Assembly (NCBI GenBank): GCA_039028615.1
Contig: JBCCHT010000001.1
Span: 544,001-608,000, forward strand
Source: Myxococcota bacterium
Lineage (GTDB): Bacteria; Myxococcota_A; Polyangia; Nannocystales; Nannocystaceae
Reading direction: 5' to 3'
DNA: 64,000 nt
Shown: piece by piece, positions 1 to 9,171 of the stretch
Layout: each line of letters starts with the position of its first letter
Numbering within the stretch: the stretch's first letter is position 1
Notes under the pieces: generated by a model
The model's database searches: none
Told to the model about the DNA's origin: nothing
What the model saw: only the letters and a program-made list of their open reading frames with translations
Translations under genes and position numbers: made by a program

Positions 1-897
1 CTCGATGGCGATCTCGTTGCAACGACTGCCGAAGTCCTGCCCACCCAGCCAGCTCGTGAGCGCCCAGTAGAAGTACTCGGTGGCCATGCACTCGTAGTCG
101 CAGGTCTGATCGTCGTAGTGGTACCAGGCCTCGCGCGGGTAGCTGGCGGGGACGGATTCGAAATGACCGCCGCGCGCCACGTCCATCGCCTCGGCCATGG
201 CGCTGTCCCGCTCACCGAACACGTCGGGGTAGGTCTCCGACCAGCCGTAGTGCGTCACTAGGTGCAAGACCTCTTCGAGCGACGCATCGAAGTCGCCCTG
301 CGCGGCTCCGTCGGGATGGGTCTCGGCGTCATAGAGATCCTGGAGGCCATAGCCCTGGTCGAACACCCCTTCGAGCTGACCGATGTTGGCCTCGAGCTCG
401 GCCTCGGTCGCGAACATCACGATGGACGCCCGGTTGCCCTGGAGCGTGGCGAGCACGGCCGGATCGTCCACTTCACAGTTCTCGTCGTTGTCGAGGTACT
501 GCCCCAGCACCCCGACCGCGTGCACGAGCTTGGCTTCACCCACGCTCGGGGTGGCGTAGATGTGCAGCCCCCACACGCTGGCGTCGCGATCGAAGACCGC
601 ATCGAAGCCCGGCGGGGCGTCGTCCGGGAGCTCGGAGATGGTGATCGCCCCCGCGGCGCAGTCCTCCGCTCCCGTGGTGGCGCCCGTCTCGGCCGCGCCC
701 GTCGTCGTGTCGGCCGCGGTGTCGTCCGAGTCACCGTCGGCGGCATCGCTGCCCTCTCCGTCCGAGGTCGAGCCAACGCCGCTCGTGGTCGGGCTCCCAT
801 CGTCTCCGCCGGGGACCTCGCTCTCACCGCAGCCGAGCGCGAGGAGCAAGATCGCCGGCAAGCCAGCCCGCGAAAGAGACCGCATATCGAAGTTCAT
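1..897 (-). CDS. Lipoprotein, hypothetical, possible metallopeptidase-like domain (3' end runs out of the window)
   Basis: Not in ORF track; hand translation from ATG 897 gives MNFDMRSLSRAGLPAILLLALGC (lipobox), an acidic G/S/T/D linker, then ...FDASLEEVLHLVTHYGW...CDYECMATEYFYWALT; open to window edge. Confidence 0.75.
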   Translation of the reverse strand, partial: MNFDMRSLSRAGLPAILLLALGCGESEVPGGDDGSPTTSGVGSTSDGEGSDAADGDSDDTAADTTTGAAETGATTGAEDCAAGAITISELPDDAPPGFDAVFDRDASVWGLHIYATPSVGEAKLVHAVGVLGQYLDNDENCEVDDPAVLATLQGNRASIVMFATEAELEANIGQLEGVFDQGYGLQDLYDAETHPDGAAQGDFDASLEEVLHLVTHYGWSETYPDVFGERDSAMAEAMDVARGGHFESVPASYPREAWYHYDDQTCDYECMATEYFYWALTSWLGGQDFGSRCNEIAIE

Positions 898-1067
898 GTA
901 CGAACCCTAGGCCGCGACACCGGGTGCGGCCACGACGGGGCTGCGAACGGTGGGTCAGCGTCGATGAACGGTCCTCGTGCGCGACGATCGTCGCCGCCGG
1001 CATCGCCCCGCCAACTGCGTTCTGGCTCGAAACTGGCGAGTATCGCCGTTGCGGGCCGTTTTGACGA

Positions 1068-1096
1068 TTGACAAGGATCGCCGCTCCGCCGACGCT
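1068..1096 (+). promoter_or_regulatory. Putative sigma70-type promoter of the YcaO operon, possibly giving a leaderless mRNA
   Basis: TTGACA at 1068-1073, 17-nt spacer, GACGCT at 1091-1096; GTG start at 1103 lies near the expected +1. Confidence 0.4.
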
Positions 1097-1102
1097 TGGA
1101 AC

Positions 1103-1585
1103 GTGCCGTGGTCCTTCGAGCGTCATCGCCCCGAACGAGGTGCTCGCGGTGTCGTCGTCGGTAGCGTCTGTTGTAGCTCGTGCTGTTGCTGCTGCTGCTG
1201 CGTGCACACGGTGGCCGGCATCGTCGGGAGCGTGCAGGGCTCGGTCAAAGCGATCAAATCCCAGAGCGACCCCGAGGCGATCGCAGGCGCCGAACGACTG
1301 GTCACCACCTACTGGGTCATCGCCGGCGCGATCGCGTGGCTGGTCGTCATCCTGGGCATGCTGACCGGGCAGCTCATCGCGGGCTTGATCGCGGTCGCCT
1401 TCGTCGGCCCGCTGCTCCAGCTGCTCGTGTCTCTGCTCTGCTTGCCCATGGCGCAGAGTCAACCGCTCGCTCGCCGGGCCGGAGCCATGGCCGCGCTCAA
1501 GCGAATGACCCTGGGTGGCTTGCTCGGGCTCGCGATCGGCATTGCCTTCGGTGGCTTCACCATCGTCGTGTTCATGGGCCTTTAG
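1103..1585 (+). CDS. Membrane protein with N-terminal Cys/Ser tract (CCSSCCCCCCC); candidate azole-RiPP (TOMM/LAP) substrate
   Basis: Frame of ORF 977..1585, start inferred at GTG 1103; 22-aa leader-like segment, Cys tract at 1169-1201, then three hydrophobic helices; first gene of the YcaO operon. Confidence 0.75.
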   Translation: MPWSFERHRPERGARGVVVGSVCCSSCCCCCCCVHTVAGIVGSVQGSVKAIKSQSDPEAIAGAERLVTTYWVIAGAIAWLVVILGMLTGQLIAGLIAVAFVGPLLQLLVSLLCLPMAQSQPLARRAGAMAALKRMTLGGLLGLAIGIAFGGFTIVVFMGL

Positions 1586-1588
1586 CTG

Positions 1589-2209
1589 ATGGGCAAGTCA
1601 CCGCTTCGCCGTCGCCTCGCCGTAGGCTCCGCCCTGCTCTTCGCCGGCCTGTGCGTCTACGCCTGGTACCGGGGCACGGTCCCCGACGACACCTGGCGCG
1701 AGCCCTCCTCCGCCGACGAGCGCGTCCGCTGCCAGCTCGTCGAGTCCCCGGTCGGCACTCCCGTGCGCTGCGTGGCCTTCGTCGACCTGCCCTCCGCCGC
1801 GCTCATCGAGGCGGTCCGCGACTACGAGTCCTTCCCCGAGATCTTCGATGGTCCCTGGGGCTCCGTGGTGCTGACCAGCATCCAGTCCAAGCCCCCCGAT
1901 CGTGTACACCTCGACGGTCGCGTCGAGGTCCTGGGCGCGCACTGGCCCATCGACATGCACATCGACCACGAGACCACCGACGAAGGATTCGTGGCCGGCT
2001 GGGATGCCCATGACGACGAGGGTCGGGTCAATCGCGGGCGCTGGGTGGTCACCGCCAAGGGAGACGCGACCGCCATCGTCGCCTACGAGCTCGAAGTGCA
2101 AGCGCCGTGGAGTCCCACCTTCTTGGTCAACGACGTGCTGCTGACGCGCATGAAAGACCCGCTGCGGCGGATCATCGAGCACGCGCACGCCGAGCACGAC
2201 GGCGCATGA
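1589..2209 (+). CDS. SRPBCC/START-like (polyketide cyclase-type) protein with N-terminal membrane anchor
   Basis: N-terminal TM helix; AVRDYESFPEIF and NRGRWVV...IVAYELEV patterns resemble SRPBCC; ATGA overlap with next gene. Confidence 0.65.
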   Translation: MGKSPLRRRLAVGSALLFAGLCVYAWYRGTVPDDTWREPSSADERVRCQLVESPVGTPVRCVAFVDLPSAALIEAVRDYESFPEIFDGPWGSVVLTSIQSKPPDRVHLDGRVEVLGAHWPIDMHIDHETTDEGFVAGWDAHDDEGRVNRGRWVVTAKGDATAIVAYELEVQAPWSPTFLVNDVLLTRMKDPLRRIIEHAHAEHDGA

Positions 2210-3015
2210 GCGAGACCACCCTCGTCCCCGTCGCACCGCTCACCGTGGTGCCACAGCCGGGCTGCGTGCGCGTCTTGGCCGGCGAGGACCTGCGCTTCAC
2301 GGTGCGCGGCGAAGGACTCGAGACTTGGTTGCCCGCAGTCTTGGCCGCCCTCGGGCCAGGGGTGTCGGGCACCGAAGCCTCCGCGCATGCTCCCCTCGCT
2401 CAGCGCAACGATGCGCTCGAGATCCTCGCCCGCCTCACCACCGAGCGACTGCTCGTCGAGCAAGCGAGCTCGAAGCCGACCGCCGCCCTCACCGTCGAGG
2501 TCGTCGGTGAGGGGCCCTTGGCGTCGCGCCTGCGCGATCAGCTGCCCGCTCCCGATACGGGCGCTTCGGGTGCCCCCCGGCTGTCCCTCATCGTTCAGAG
2601 CACGCTCGACTACCGCTGGGCCCGCGAGGCTGATCTGCGGGCCGCCTCCGAGGGTCACTGGCGGCTGTGGGTCAGCGATGGCGCGGCGGCCCGCGGCTGG
2701 GTGGGGCCGGTGATGCGCCCCGAAGGCGGCCCCTGCCTCGACTGTCTGCTCACCGCGTTCGAGCGCCTCTCCCCCGAGCCCGAGCTGTGGCGAGCGCTGC
2801 TGGAACACCCGGGCCCCTTCGCCACCTCCACCGTGCCCGAGGCCGCGCGCGACATCCTGTGCCGCATCACCGCCTGGAAGCTCTCGGGGGCGACCGAGTC
2901 CGACGTTCCGGCCGCGGTCCATCGCCTGCACGTGCTCGAGCTGGCGACCTTCGAGGTGAACAGTCACGTCGTGCCGGTCGATCCCGATTGCCCCCGGGAG
3001 CACGCCGCCACATGA
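2206..3015 (+). CDS. TOMM leader-binding / E1(ThiF)-like cyclodehydratase scaffold with N-terminal RRE
   Basis: WVGPVMRPEGGPCLDCL motif, C-terminal HVVPVDPDCP, N-terminal wHTH-like LARLTTERLL; ATGA overlaps on both sides. Confidence 0.8.
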   Translation: MSETTLVPVAPLTVVPQPGCVRVLAGEDLRFTVRGEGLETWLPAVLAALGPGVSGTEASAHAPLAQRNDALEILARLTTERLLVEQASSKPTAALTVEVVGEGPLASRLRDQLPAPDTGASGAPRLSLIVQSTLDYRWAREADLRAASEGHWRLWVSDGAAARGWVGPVMRPEGGPCLDCLLTAFERLSPEPELWRALLEHPGPFATSTVPEAARDILCRITAWKLSGATESDVPAAVHRLHVLELATFEVNSHVVPVDPDCPREHAAT

Positions 3016-4232
3016 GCCGAGCGCTCGAGGCATGGCTGTGCAACCCCTTCACCGGGGCGCTGGTGGCCGAGGGCGAGGTCCCGCGACGCCCCCACGATCC
3101 CGACGTGTTCGTGCATGCGGCCACCGTCGCCCCGCGCGGGCCCCAGCGGCAGGCGCTGGTCGTCGGTGGGGCCGGCTTCACCCCCGAAGCGGCTCGGGGC
3201 GCCGCCCTCGGCGAGGCGATCGAGCGCTTCGAGAGCTGGCCACGACCGAGCGACGGAGCCCTAGCCCGACCGCCCCAAGGCGAGCCCGCCTGGGGCCCCG
3301 ACGATTTCGTGCTGTTTTCGGCGCAGCAGTACGCGGCCGATGGTTTTCCTTTTGCGCCGCCCGACGAAGCCTCGCTGTCGCCCTACGTGTGCGCGCGAAG
3401 GATCGACGACGGCCACCCCGTGTGGATCCCTCAGGCCTTCGTCTACCTCGATGCCCCCGGCGGACACCACGTCGCGCCGATGAGTTCGACCGGCCTTTCC
3501 GCGGGGCCACCGGGACACCCCACCGTGTTGCGCGGCCTCCAAGAAGTCATCGAACGGGACGCGCTGGTGCGGGCGTGGTGGGGCGAGTACGGCATCGAGC
3601 GCTGGGATCCCGAGCTCGTATGGGAGCAGCTCGGTCCCGAGCTCGCTGCCATCGCCCGGCGTCCGAACCTGCGCTACGCCTTCCACCGCATTCGCACGCC
3701 CTACTGCGCGCACGCCTGCGTGGTCACGCTGGTCGGCGAAACGCTCGAGGGCGACTGCCTCAGCGTGGGCTCGGCGTGTCGCGCGACCCGTCGGGAGAGC
3801 CTGACCAAGGCGTTGCTCGAGGCCATCCAGGGGCGGCACTACGTGCGCTATCGAATCTCGCAGGACGACCCCTGGTCGGAGGTCCCCGTGAGCTTCGAAG
3901 AGCACGCGTGCTGGTACAGCCGCTGGCCGGAGCGTTGGGCCGACACCGCGTTCGCGCGTGCCGATGCCGCCTGCGATCCCGACGCGGCCCAGCGCACCGA
4001 TGACCTCGCCGCGCTGCTGGGCGCCCTCGGGCCCGACCACCCCGCCGTCGTGCGCATCGTGACCCCGCCCATCGTGGCCCGCCTCGCCCCGGGGTGGCGC
4101 GTGCTCAAGGTCGTCGTGTCCGGCCTGGTGCCGCTGCACGGCGATCACCGCATGGCCCACCTGGGTGCCGCTCGGTGGCGCAACCGGCCCTTCGAACAAT
4201 GGTTGGCGTATCCACCCCACCCCTTTGCATGA
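3012..4232 (+). CDS. YcaO cyclodehydratase (azoline-forming type)
   Basis: ATP-binding motifs ALGEAIER, SSTGLSAG, GLQEVIERD; Pro-rich C-terminus YPPHPFA. Confidence 0.92.
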   Translation: MSRALEAWLCNPFTGALVAEGEVPRRPHDPDVFVHAATVAPRGPQRQALVVGGAGFTPEAARGAALGEAIERFESWPRPSDGALARPPQGEPAWGPDDFVLFSAQQYAADGFPFAPPDEASLSPYVCARRIDDGHPVWIPQAFVYLDAPGGHHVAPMSSTGLSAGPPGHPTVLRGLQEVIERDALVRAWWGEYGIERWDPELVWEQLGPELAAIARRPNLRYAFHRIRTPYCAHACVVTLVGETLEGDCLSVGSACRATRRESLTKALLEAIQGRHYVRYRISQDDPWSEVPVSFEEHACWYSRWPERWADTAFARADAACDPDAAQRTDDLAALLGALGPDHPAVVRIVTPPIVARLAPGWRVLKVVVSGLVPLHGDHRMAHLGAARWRNRPFEQWLAYPPHPFA

Positions 4233-4245
4233 GCGATGATATGGC

Positions 4246-4977
4246 ATGAGCGTGAAGCGTCCGCGACTTCGCCCGCTGCTGCCCGAGCTCGACCCCACGA
4301 GCTTCCCCGCGTTTCGCGATCGCATCCTCGAAGCCGAAGCCGACGCTCCGAGCCACGCGGTGCGTCGCTATCCCGGCTTCCCGCGCGTCGAGCTGCCGCG
4401 CCCCCGGCATCGCCGGTTGCCTCGCTTCGACGACGTCGTCACCCGACGGCGGACCTGCCGAGCCTTCGAGCCCCGGCTTCCCGACGCGAAAGCCCTTTCG
4501 GCATGGCTGGAGCTCGGCCATGGCGTCACGGGTCCCGATGGTCGGGGACCCACGCCATCGGCCGGCAACCTCCAGGCGGTTCAGCTCGTGCTCGTGCCGC
4601 TGTGTTCCGGTTGGCTCGGCGCCGGGGCCTACCACTACGACCGGGGGCAACACGGGCTCGCACGGATCGGTGACGGAGCCCCCGACTGGAACGAAGTGGT
4701 GCCGTCGCTGAGCCAAGCTCCGGGCGCGCCGTTGCTGGTCGTCATCGCCGGAGAAGAGACCGCGGTCGCGCACAAGTACGGTGAACGCGGGCTGCGGTTC
4801 TTGTTGCTGGAAGCGGGCCAGGTCCTGCAGTCGCTGGGGATGGCCGCGGCTGCTGGAGGCCTCGCCGTGACTCCGATGGGCGGGTTCTTCGAAGGCCAGG
4901 TGCACGCACATACCGGACTGGGCGCGGACGACCTCGTGCTGGCGACCGCCGTGGCGGGGATCCCCGCTCGGCCGTGA
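4246..4977 (+). CDS. SagB/ThcOx-family FMN-dependent azoline dehydrogenase (nitroreductase fold)
   Basis: RRRTCRAF, PTPSAGNL, KYGERGLRFLLLEAG, MGGF motifs; directly follows YcaO. Confidence 0.9.
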   Translation: MSVKRPRLRPLLPELDPTSFPAFRDRILEAEADAPSHAVRRYPGFPRVELPRPRHRRLPRFDDVVTRRRTCRAFEPRLPDAKALSAWLELGHGVTGPDGRGPTPSAGNLQAVQLVLVPLCSGWLGAGAYHYDRGQHGLARIGDGAPDWNEVVPSLSQAPGAPLLVVIAGEETAVAHKYGERGLRFLLLEAGQVLQSLGMAAAAGGLAVTPMGGFFEGQVHAHTGLGADDLVLATAVAGIPARP

Positions 4978-5061
4978 CTCTATTGAACATCGCCTCCACG
5001 TCGTGCCCAAGCGCGCGCTCACCATGGCGCCTGCACATCGCGGTGCTAGAGTCCTCGATCG

Positions 5062-6075
5062 ATGCCCGCCTGGGTGCCAGCGCTCTCGCTCGCGTTGCTC
5101 AGTGCACCGTCTGTGGATGAGGCTCGGCTTCGGGTCACCATCGAAGGCGAGCCCGGCTGCATCGACTCCGAGCGGGTGGTCGAGGCTGCGATCGAGCGCT
5201 TCGACGACCAGCGTTGGCAGCCGGTGCAAATGCAGGTCTGGCTCGACGAGGCGCCCAACGGAGGTCACGCCGCGCGCTATCGGCTCGAGTCGGCGGCGGC
5301 GGTAGGGCGCGGGCAGGTCGTCACCACCGATTGCGCCACGCTCACGGCCGTATTGGCCATCAAGCTGGGTCTGGCCGCCGTGCCGGGTCGAGCCCTCGAT
5401 CTTCGTCCGGGGCCCCATCCGCTGGAGGGCACCTGGGAACCCGCGGCGACCGAGAGTGCAGTCGCGGCCTCGGACACCGAGCGACCGCTCGACGCCCCAC
5501 CCACGGAAGCACCGACCTCGATGGCCAGGCCCCGCCTCCCCCAAATTCGGCTGGGGTCCGGCGCGGGCGTCATGCTCGGTGGCCTCGGCCCAGCCAGCGG
5601 TCGTTTCGAGCTCGGGGCCGCCCTCGCCGAGCAGCCCTGGGTCGTGGAGCTGTACGGCACGATGGCCGTGGCCCCGACGACCCGACTCGATGACGCGATC
5701 ACCCGGCGTCTCCGCTCGTACGGTGCCGGCCTTCGAGGTTGTGCTGCCGCTCGCTGGCGCCGCCTCGAAATTCCCGCGTGCCTCGGGATGGAGGCCGCCA
5801 CTGTCCGCATCGACGTCGCCGGTCTCCCGCAGGGCGGCGTGGGGCACGAGCCGTGGGTCGTCGCGGCGGCGCACGTCCGCCCGCAGGTCGCCATCACGCG
5901 GCGCGTCGGACTGTGGCTCGCGACCATGGCCGGCGTCTCACTGCGGCGCCCCGCCTTTTCCGTGACCGGACTCGGCACCGTCTTCCGCAGTGATTCCATA
6001 CTGTTGACGGCCACGGCGGGAATTTCGATCGCAATCGCCGGGCCCACGACGGATCCACGGGGTTCCGTACAGTAG
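5062..6075 (+). CDS. Exported hypothetical protein with C-terminal beta-strand-rich region
   Basis: Signal peptide; amphipathic beta-strand pattern; coupled to the ECF sigma gene. Confidence 0.6.
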   Translation: MPAWVPALSLALLSAPSVDEARLRVTIEGEPGCIDSERVVEAAIERFDDQRWQPVQMQVWLDEAPNGGHAARYRLESAAAVGRGQVVTTDCATLTAVLAIKLGLAAVPGRALDLRPGPHPLEGTWEPAATESAVAASDTERPLDAPPTEAPTSMARPRLPQIRLGSGAGVMLGGLGPASGRFELGAALAEQPWVVELYGTMAVAPTTRLDDAITRRLRSYGAGLRGCAAARWRRLEIPACLGMEAATVRIDVAGLPQGGVGHEPWVVAAAHVRPQVAITRRVGLWLATMAGVSLRRPAFSVTGLGTVFRSDSILLTATAGISIAIAGPTTDPRGSVQ

Positions 6076-6602
6076 TGAAGCTGGTGGCCCAGGCTGCACC
6101 CAGTGAGCGCTTCGATGCGCTGTTCCGTGAACACCGTGGCTTCGTGTTTCGCTCCCTGCGGCACCTGGGGAGCCCGCCCGAGGCCACCGAAGACCTGACC
6201 CAGGAGGTCTTCATCACCCTGTATCGGCGCTCGTCGGACTTCGACGCGTCTCGTTCTGCTCGCGCGTGGCTGTTCACCACCGCTCGCAACGTGCTGGCCA
6301 ACTACCGTCGGGTGAGCGCCCGGGCCCAGCGCAAGCTGAAGGCGCTCGCCGATGCTCCGAACGAGCCCACGCGGACCTTCGATCCCCAGCGGCTCGAGAC
6401 GGCGCGGACGGTGGAGCAGCTGCTCCTGCAAATGGACGAGCCCAAGCGACTGGTCCTGCTGCTGGCCGACGCCGAAGGCCTCACCGGGCCCGAGCTCGCC
6501 GCCGCCCTCGACATCCCCCTCAACACTGCCTACTCGCGCCTGCGCTCCGCTCGGTCGGAGTTCGAGCGCCTCGTAGCCCCCCTGGATGGGTCGACGCCAT
6601 GA
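6075..6602 (+). CDS. ECF RNA polymerase sigma factor
   Basis: EDLTQEVF, RAWLFTTARN (region 2); LDIPLNTAYSRLRSAR (region 4). Confidence 0.92.
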   Translation: MKLVAQAAPSERFDALFREHRGFVFRSLRHLGSPPEATEDLTQEVFITLYRRSSDFDASRSARAWLFTTARNVLANYRRVSARAQRKLKALADAPNEPTRTFDPQRLETARTVEQLLLQMDEPKRLVLLLADAEGLTGPELAAALDIPLNTAYSRLRSARSEFERLVAPLDGSTP

Positions 6603-7342
6603 CCACGCCACCTCCGCTCAGCGAACACGCGCGGGATCGACTCGCCTCCGTCCGGGAGCTCCGCGAGCCGATCGTCGACATCGAGCAGAGCCTCGCCGCG
6701 GTCCACGAGCGCATCGGCACCCAGACCCCGCCTCCCGGAGGCACCGCGGGCTCGGGTGGTGCGCTGAAGCTGGCGGGAGGATTGGCCGCATCGGTGGTGG
6801 TCGGCGCGGCCACGTGGATGTTGCTGTCGAGCGCACAACCTCAGACGCAGCCGCCCGCGGATCCGGTCGCCGTCACGCAGCCCCCGGAGAGCGTCGAGCC
6901 CGAGCCTCCCCATGCCCTCGCCGCGGCCCCTACCCCCGCCCCCGCTGCGGCCAAAGAGCCATCGACCACCACCACCGTCATCGAAGCCTCTGCTCCACCG
7001 AGCACTTCCGAGACGAAACCTGCTGCCCCTCGACGCACCGCCCGGCGTCGTCGGGTTCAGGCCCCGTCCGGCGAAGATGCCCTGACGGCGGAGCTCCGCC
7101 TCATCGATCGCGCCCGCGGCCAGCTCCGTGCCCGTCGCTTCGATGCGGCCATCCGCAGCCTCGAGCGCCACGCACGGACCTTCCCGTACGGACAGCTCGT
7201 CGACGAACGCAACGTCATGCTCGTCGAGGCCCTGTGTGGAGACGGCCAAACCGAGCGCGCCCGCAGCAAGGCTCAGGCCTTCCTCGCCGCTGCCCCGGGC
7301 TCTCCCTTCGCGCCGCGGCTTCGAGACTCCTGCGCACACTAG
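6599..7342 (+). CDS. Putative anti-sigma factor (TM, Pro-rich linker, C-terminal TPR-like domain)
   Basis: ATG 6599 overlaps the sigma stop; single TM; ELRLIDRAR...FPYGQLVDER TPR-like segment. Confidence 0.7.
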   Translation: MTTPPPLSEHARDRLASVRELREPIVDIEQSLAAVHERIGTQTPPPGGTAGSGGALKLAGGLAASVVVGAATWMLLSSAQPQTQPPADPVAVTQPPESVEPEPPHALAAAPTPAPAAAKEPSTTTTVIEASAPPSTSETKPAAPRRTARRRRVQAPSGEDALTAELRLIDRARGQLRARRFDAAIRSLERHARTFPYGQLVDERNVMLVEALCGDGQTERARSKAQAFLAAAPGSPFAPRLRDSCAH

Positions 7343-7373
7343 TGCTGCGCCGCACACCGACCCGACGGATTCG

Positions 7374-8513
7374 ATGACGCTCGTACAGCCCTTGGTGATG
7401 ACTGAACGACGCCCCCGCGCTCATCTCCTCGCCCCCGTGCTGCTGGCCATCGGTAGCTACGGATCGGCATGCAACACGCCGCCCGAGAACGTGGGCTCGA
7501 TCCACGAGACCGAGGACCCGCCCGCGACGACCGGCGACGCGAGCATGTGCGGGACCGACTGCGAGACCTCGAGCATCCCCGACATCCCCGCCGACACCAG
7601 CGACATCGACCCCACCGCCGGCTGCGAGAAGGTCGATTTCCTGTTCGTGGTGGATACCTCGGGCTCCATGGACGAGGAACAGCTCAACCTCGAGGCGAGC
7701 GTGCCGGGGTTCCTCGCTCAGATCGAGCAGAGCGTCGCCACCGACTACCGCATCATGGTCATCGACCACGACGCGGGGCCGGACTACTGCGAGATCATCA
7801 ACGACGGCACCGACGACTGCACCCCGTGGTGCGAGAGCGAATGCCCCCTGGGCTGTGACTGCTGGTGCGGCCTGGGCATCGATTTCGAGAACCTGCCCCC
7901 CGAGGCGGCCTGCGCCGTCCCAGACATCGACGAGTGTGCACTGGTCCTGGGTAGCGGCATCACGGCCGACACCTACGGTCACTCCTGTGGACTCGAGGGT
8001 GGAAATCGCTACATCGATCAAGACCACCCATCGCTCGCCAGCACCTTCGGCTGCCTGACCCAGATCTCGCTCGCGGGTCACGACGCGGAGACTCCCGTCG
8101 CCGCGCTCATCGCCGCCTTGGGGCCACAGGAGCAGGTGGGCGGCTGCAACGAGGGGTTCTTGCGCGACGACGCTCTGCTCGTGGTCACCCTGATCACCGA
8201 CGAGGACGACCAGGAGTCGGTGGGCAGCCCCGAGCAGTGGAGAGACACGCTGTTGGCCCTCAAGTCCGGCGACGACCCCGAAGGCGGCAGTCGGGCCGAG
8301 GATCGCGTCGCGCTGCTGTCGATCATCGCCGATGGCGGCCAGCCCGGCTCGAGCTGCGACCCTGCCCAGAGCGCCGCACGCCTGCAGGCCTTCACCGACG
8401 CGATGCACCACGGCACCGTGGGCTCGGTGTGCGCGAGCGACTACGGGCCGTTCTTCGCCCAAGCCATCGACGTGGTCGACACCGCGTGCTCCGAGTTCGT
8501 GCCGGTGGGCTGA
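7374..8513 (+). CDS. Cys-rich lipoprotein with VWA-like domain
   Basis: Lipobox-like GSAC; VDFLFVVDTSGSM (MIDAS-like) and FLRDDALLVVTLITDEDD. Confidence 0.75.
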   Translation: MTLVQPLVMTERRPRAHLLAPVLLAIGSYGSACNTPPENVGSIHETEDPPATTGDASMCGTDCETSSIPDIPADTSDIDPTAGCEKVDFLFVVDTSGSMDEEQLNLEASVPGFLAQIEQSVATDYRIMVIDHDAGPDYCEIINDGTDDCTPWCESECPLGCDCWCGLGIDFENLPPEAACAVPDIDECALVLGSGITADTYGHSCGLEGGNRYIDQDHPSLASTFGCLTQISLAGHDAETPVAALIAALGPQEQVGGCNEGFLRDDALLVVTLITDEDDQESVGSPEQWRDTLLALKSGDDPEGGSRAEDRVALLSIIADGGQPGSSCDPAQSAARLQAFTDAMHHGTVGSVCASDYGPFFAQAIDVVDTACSEFVPVG

Positions 8514-8520
8514 GGCCCTT

Positions 8521-9060
8521 TCACTGGCGGGGCGTAGGCTCTGGAGACTCGGGTCGCACGCGCTTCAACGCCTTCTGCACTTCCTGCACGTAGCGGCCCT
8601 CGGGCGCCAGCTCCAAGTAGCGCTCGTAGGGACCGATGGCCTGCTCACGCTCGCCGGCGATCTCCCGCAGGAGCCCGATGGTCAGCCAGCAGCCGGCCGT
8701 GCTCGAGTCGACCGCCACGCACCGTTCGGCGGCCTCCATCGAGCCGTCGACGTCTTCCAGCTCCAGAAGCACCTGCGAGTAGATGAGCCAACCACTCGCG
8801 TTGTCGGGGTTGGCGGAGACGAAGGCGCTCAGCTCGGGCGCCAGCGGTTCGAGCCGCTCACGCTGACTCATGGCCTCCCCGTAGCGCCGCTCGAGGTCGT
8901 CGATTTGCGCTTCGGGTGACGGCTCGGCCTGCTCGACCTGCTCGGCTGCGGCGGCCGGCTCCGGCGGGGCCGTCGGCTCGGCGGGTGACCGCGCACAACC
9001 CATCGCCAGCGCGGCCACGAGAACCATCCATCGGTTTGAACCAGGCCGAGCGACATCCAC
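8521..9060 (-). CDS. TPR-repeat lipoprotein
   Basis: LAMGC lipobox; TPR helices (AIGPYERYLELAP); start uncertain (9060 or 9027). Confidence 0.7.
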   Translation of the reverse strand: MDVARPGSNRWMVLVAALAMGCARSPAEPTAPPEPAAAAEQVEQAEPSPEAQIDDLERRYGEAMSQRERLEPLAPELSAFVSANPDNASGWLIYSQVLLELEDVDGSMEAAERCVAVDSSTAGCWLTIGLLREIAGEREQAIGPYERYLELAPEGRYVQEVQKALKRVRPESPEPTPRQ

Positions 9061-9171
9061 GGGACGATACGTAGCAGCCCGCAGCGTCGAATCAAGTGCG
9101 CCACGCCTCACCGCGGCGCCCGACTGGGCACGGGGACGTCGGCCCGATGGCCCTTCGACCACCCGCGATCG

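Noticed and set aside
1123..1308. Minus-strand 61-aa ORF with poly-Gln, and plus-strand ORF 1180..2013 starting with poly-Leu
   Set aside because: Alternative readings of the poly-Cys codons; only the Cys frame fits the operon and yields a coherent protein
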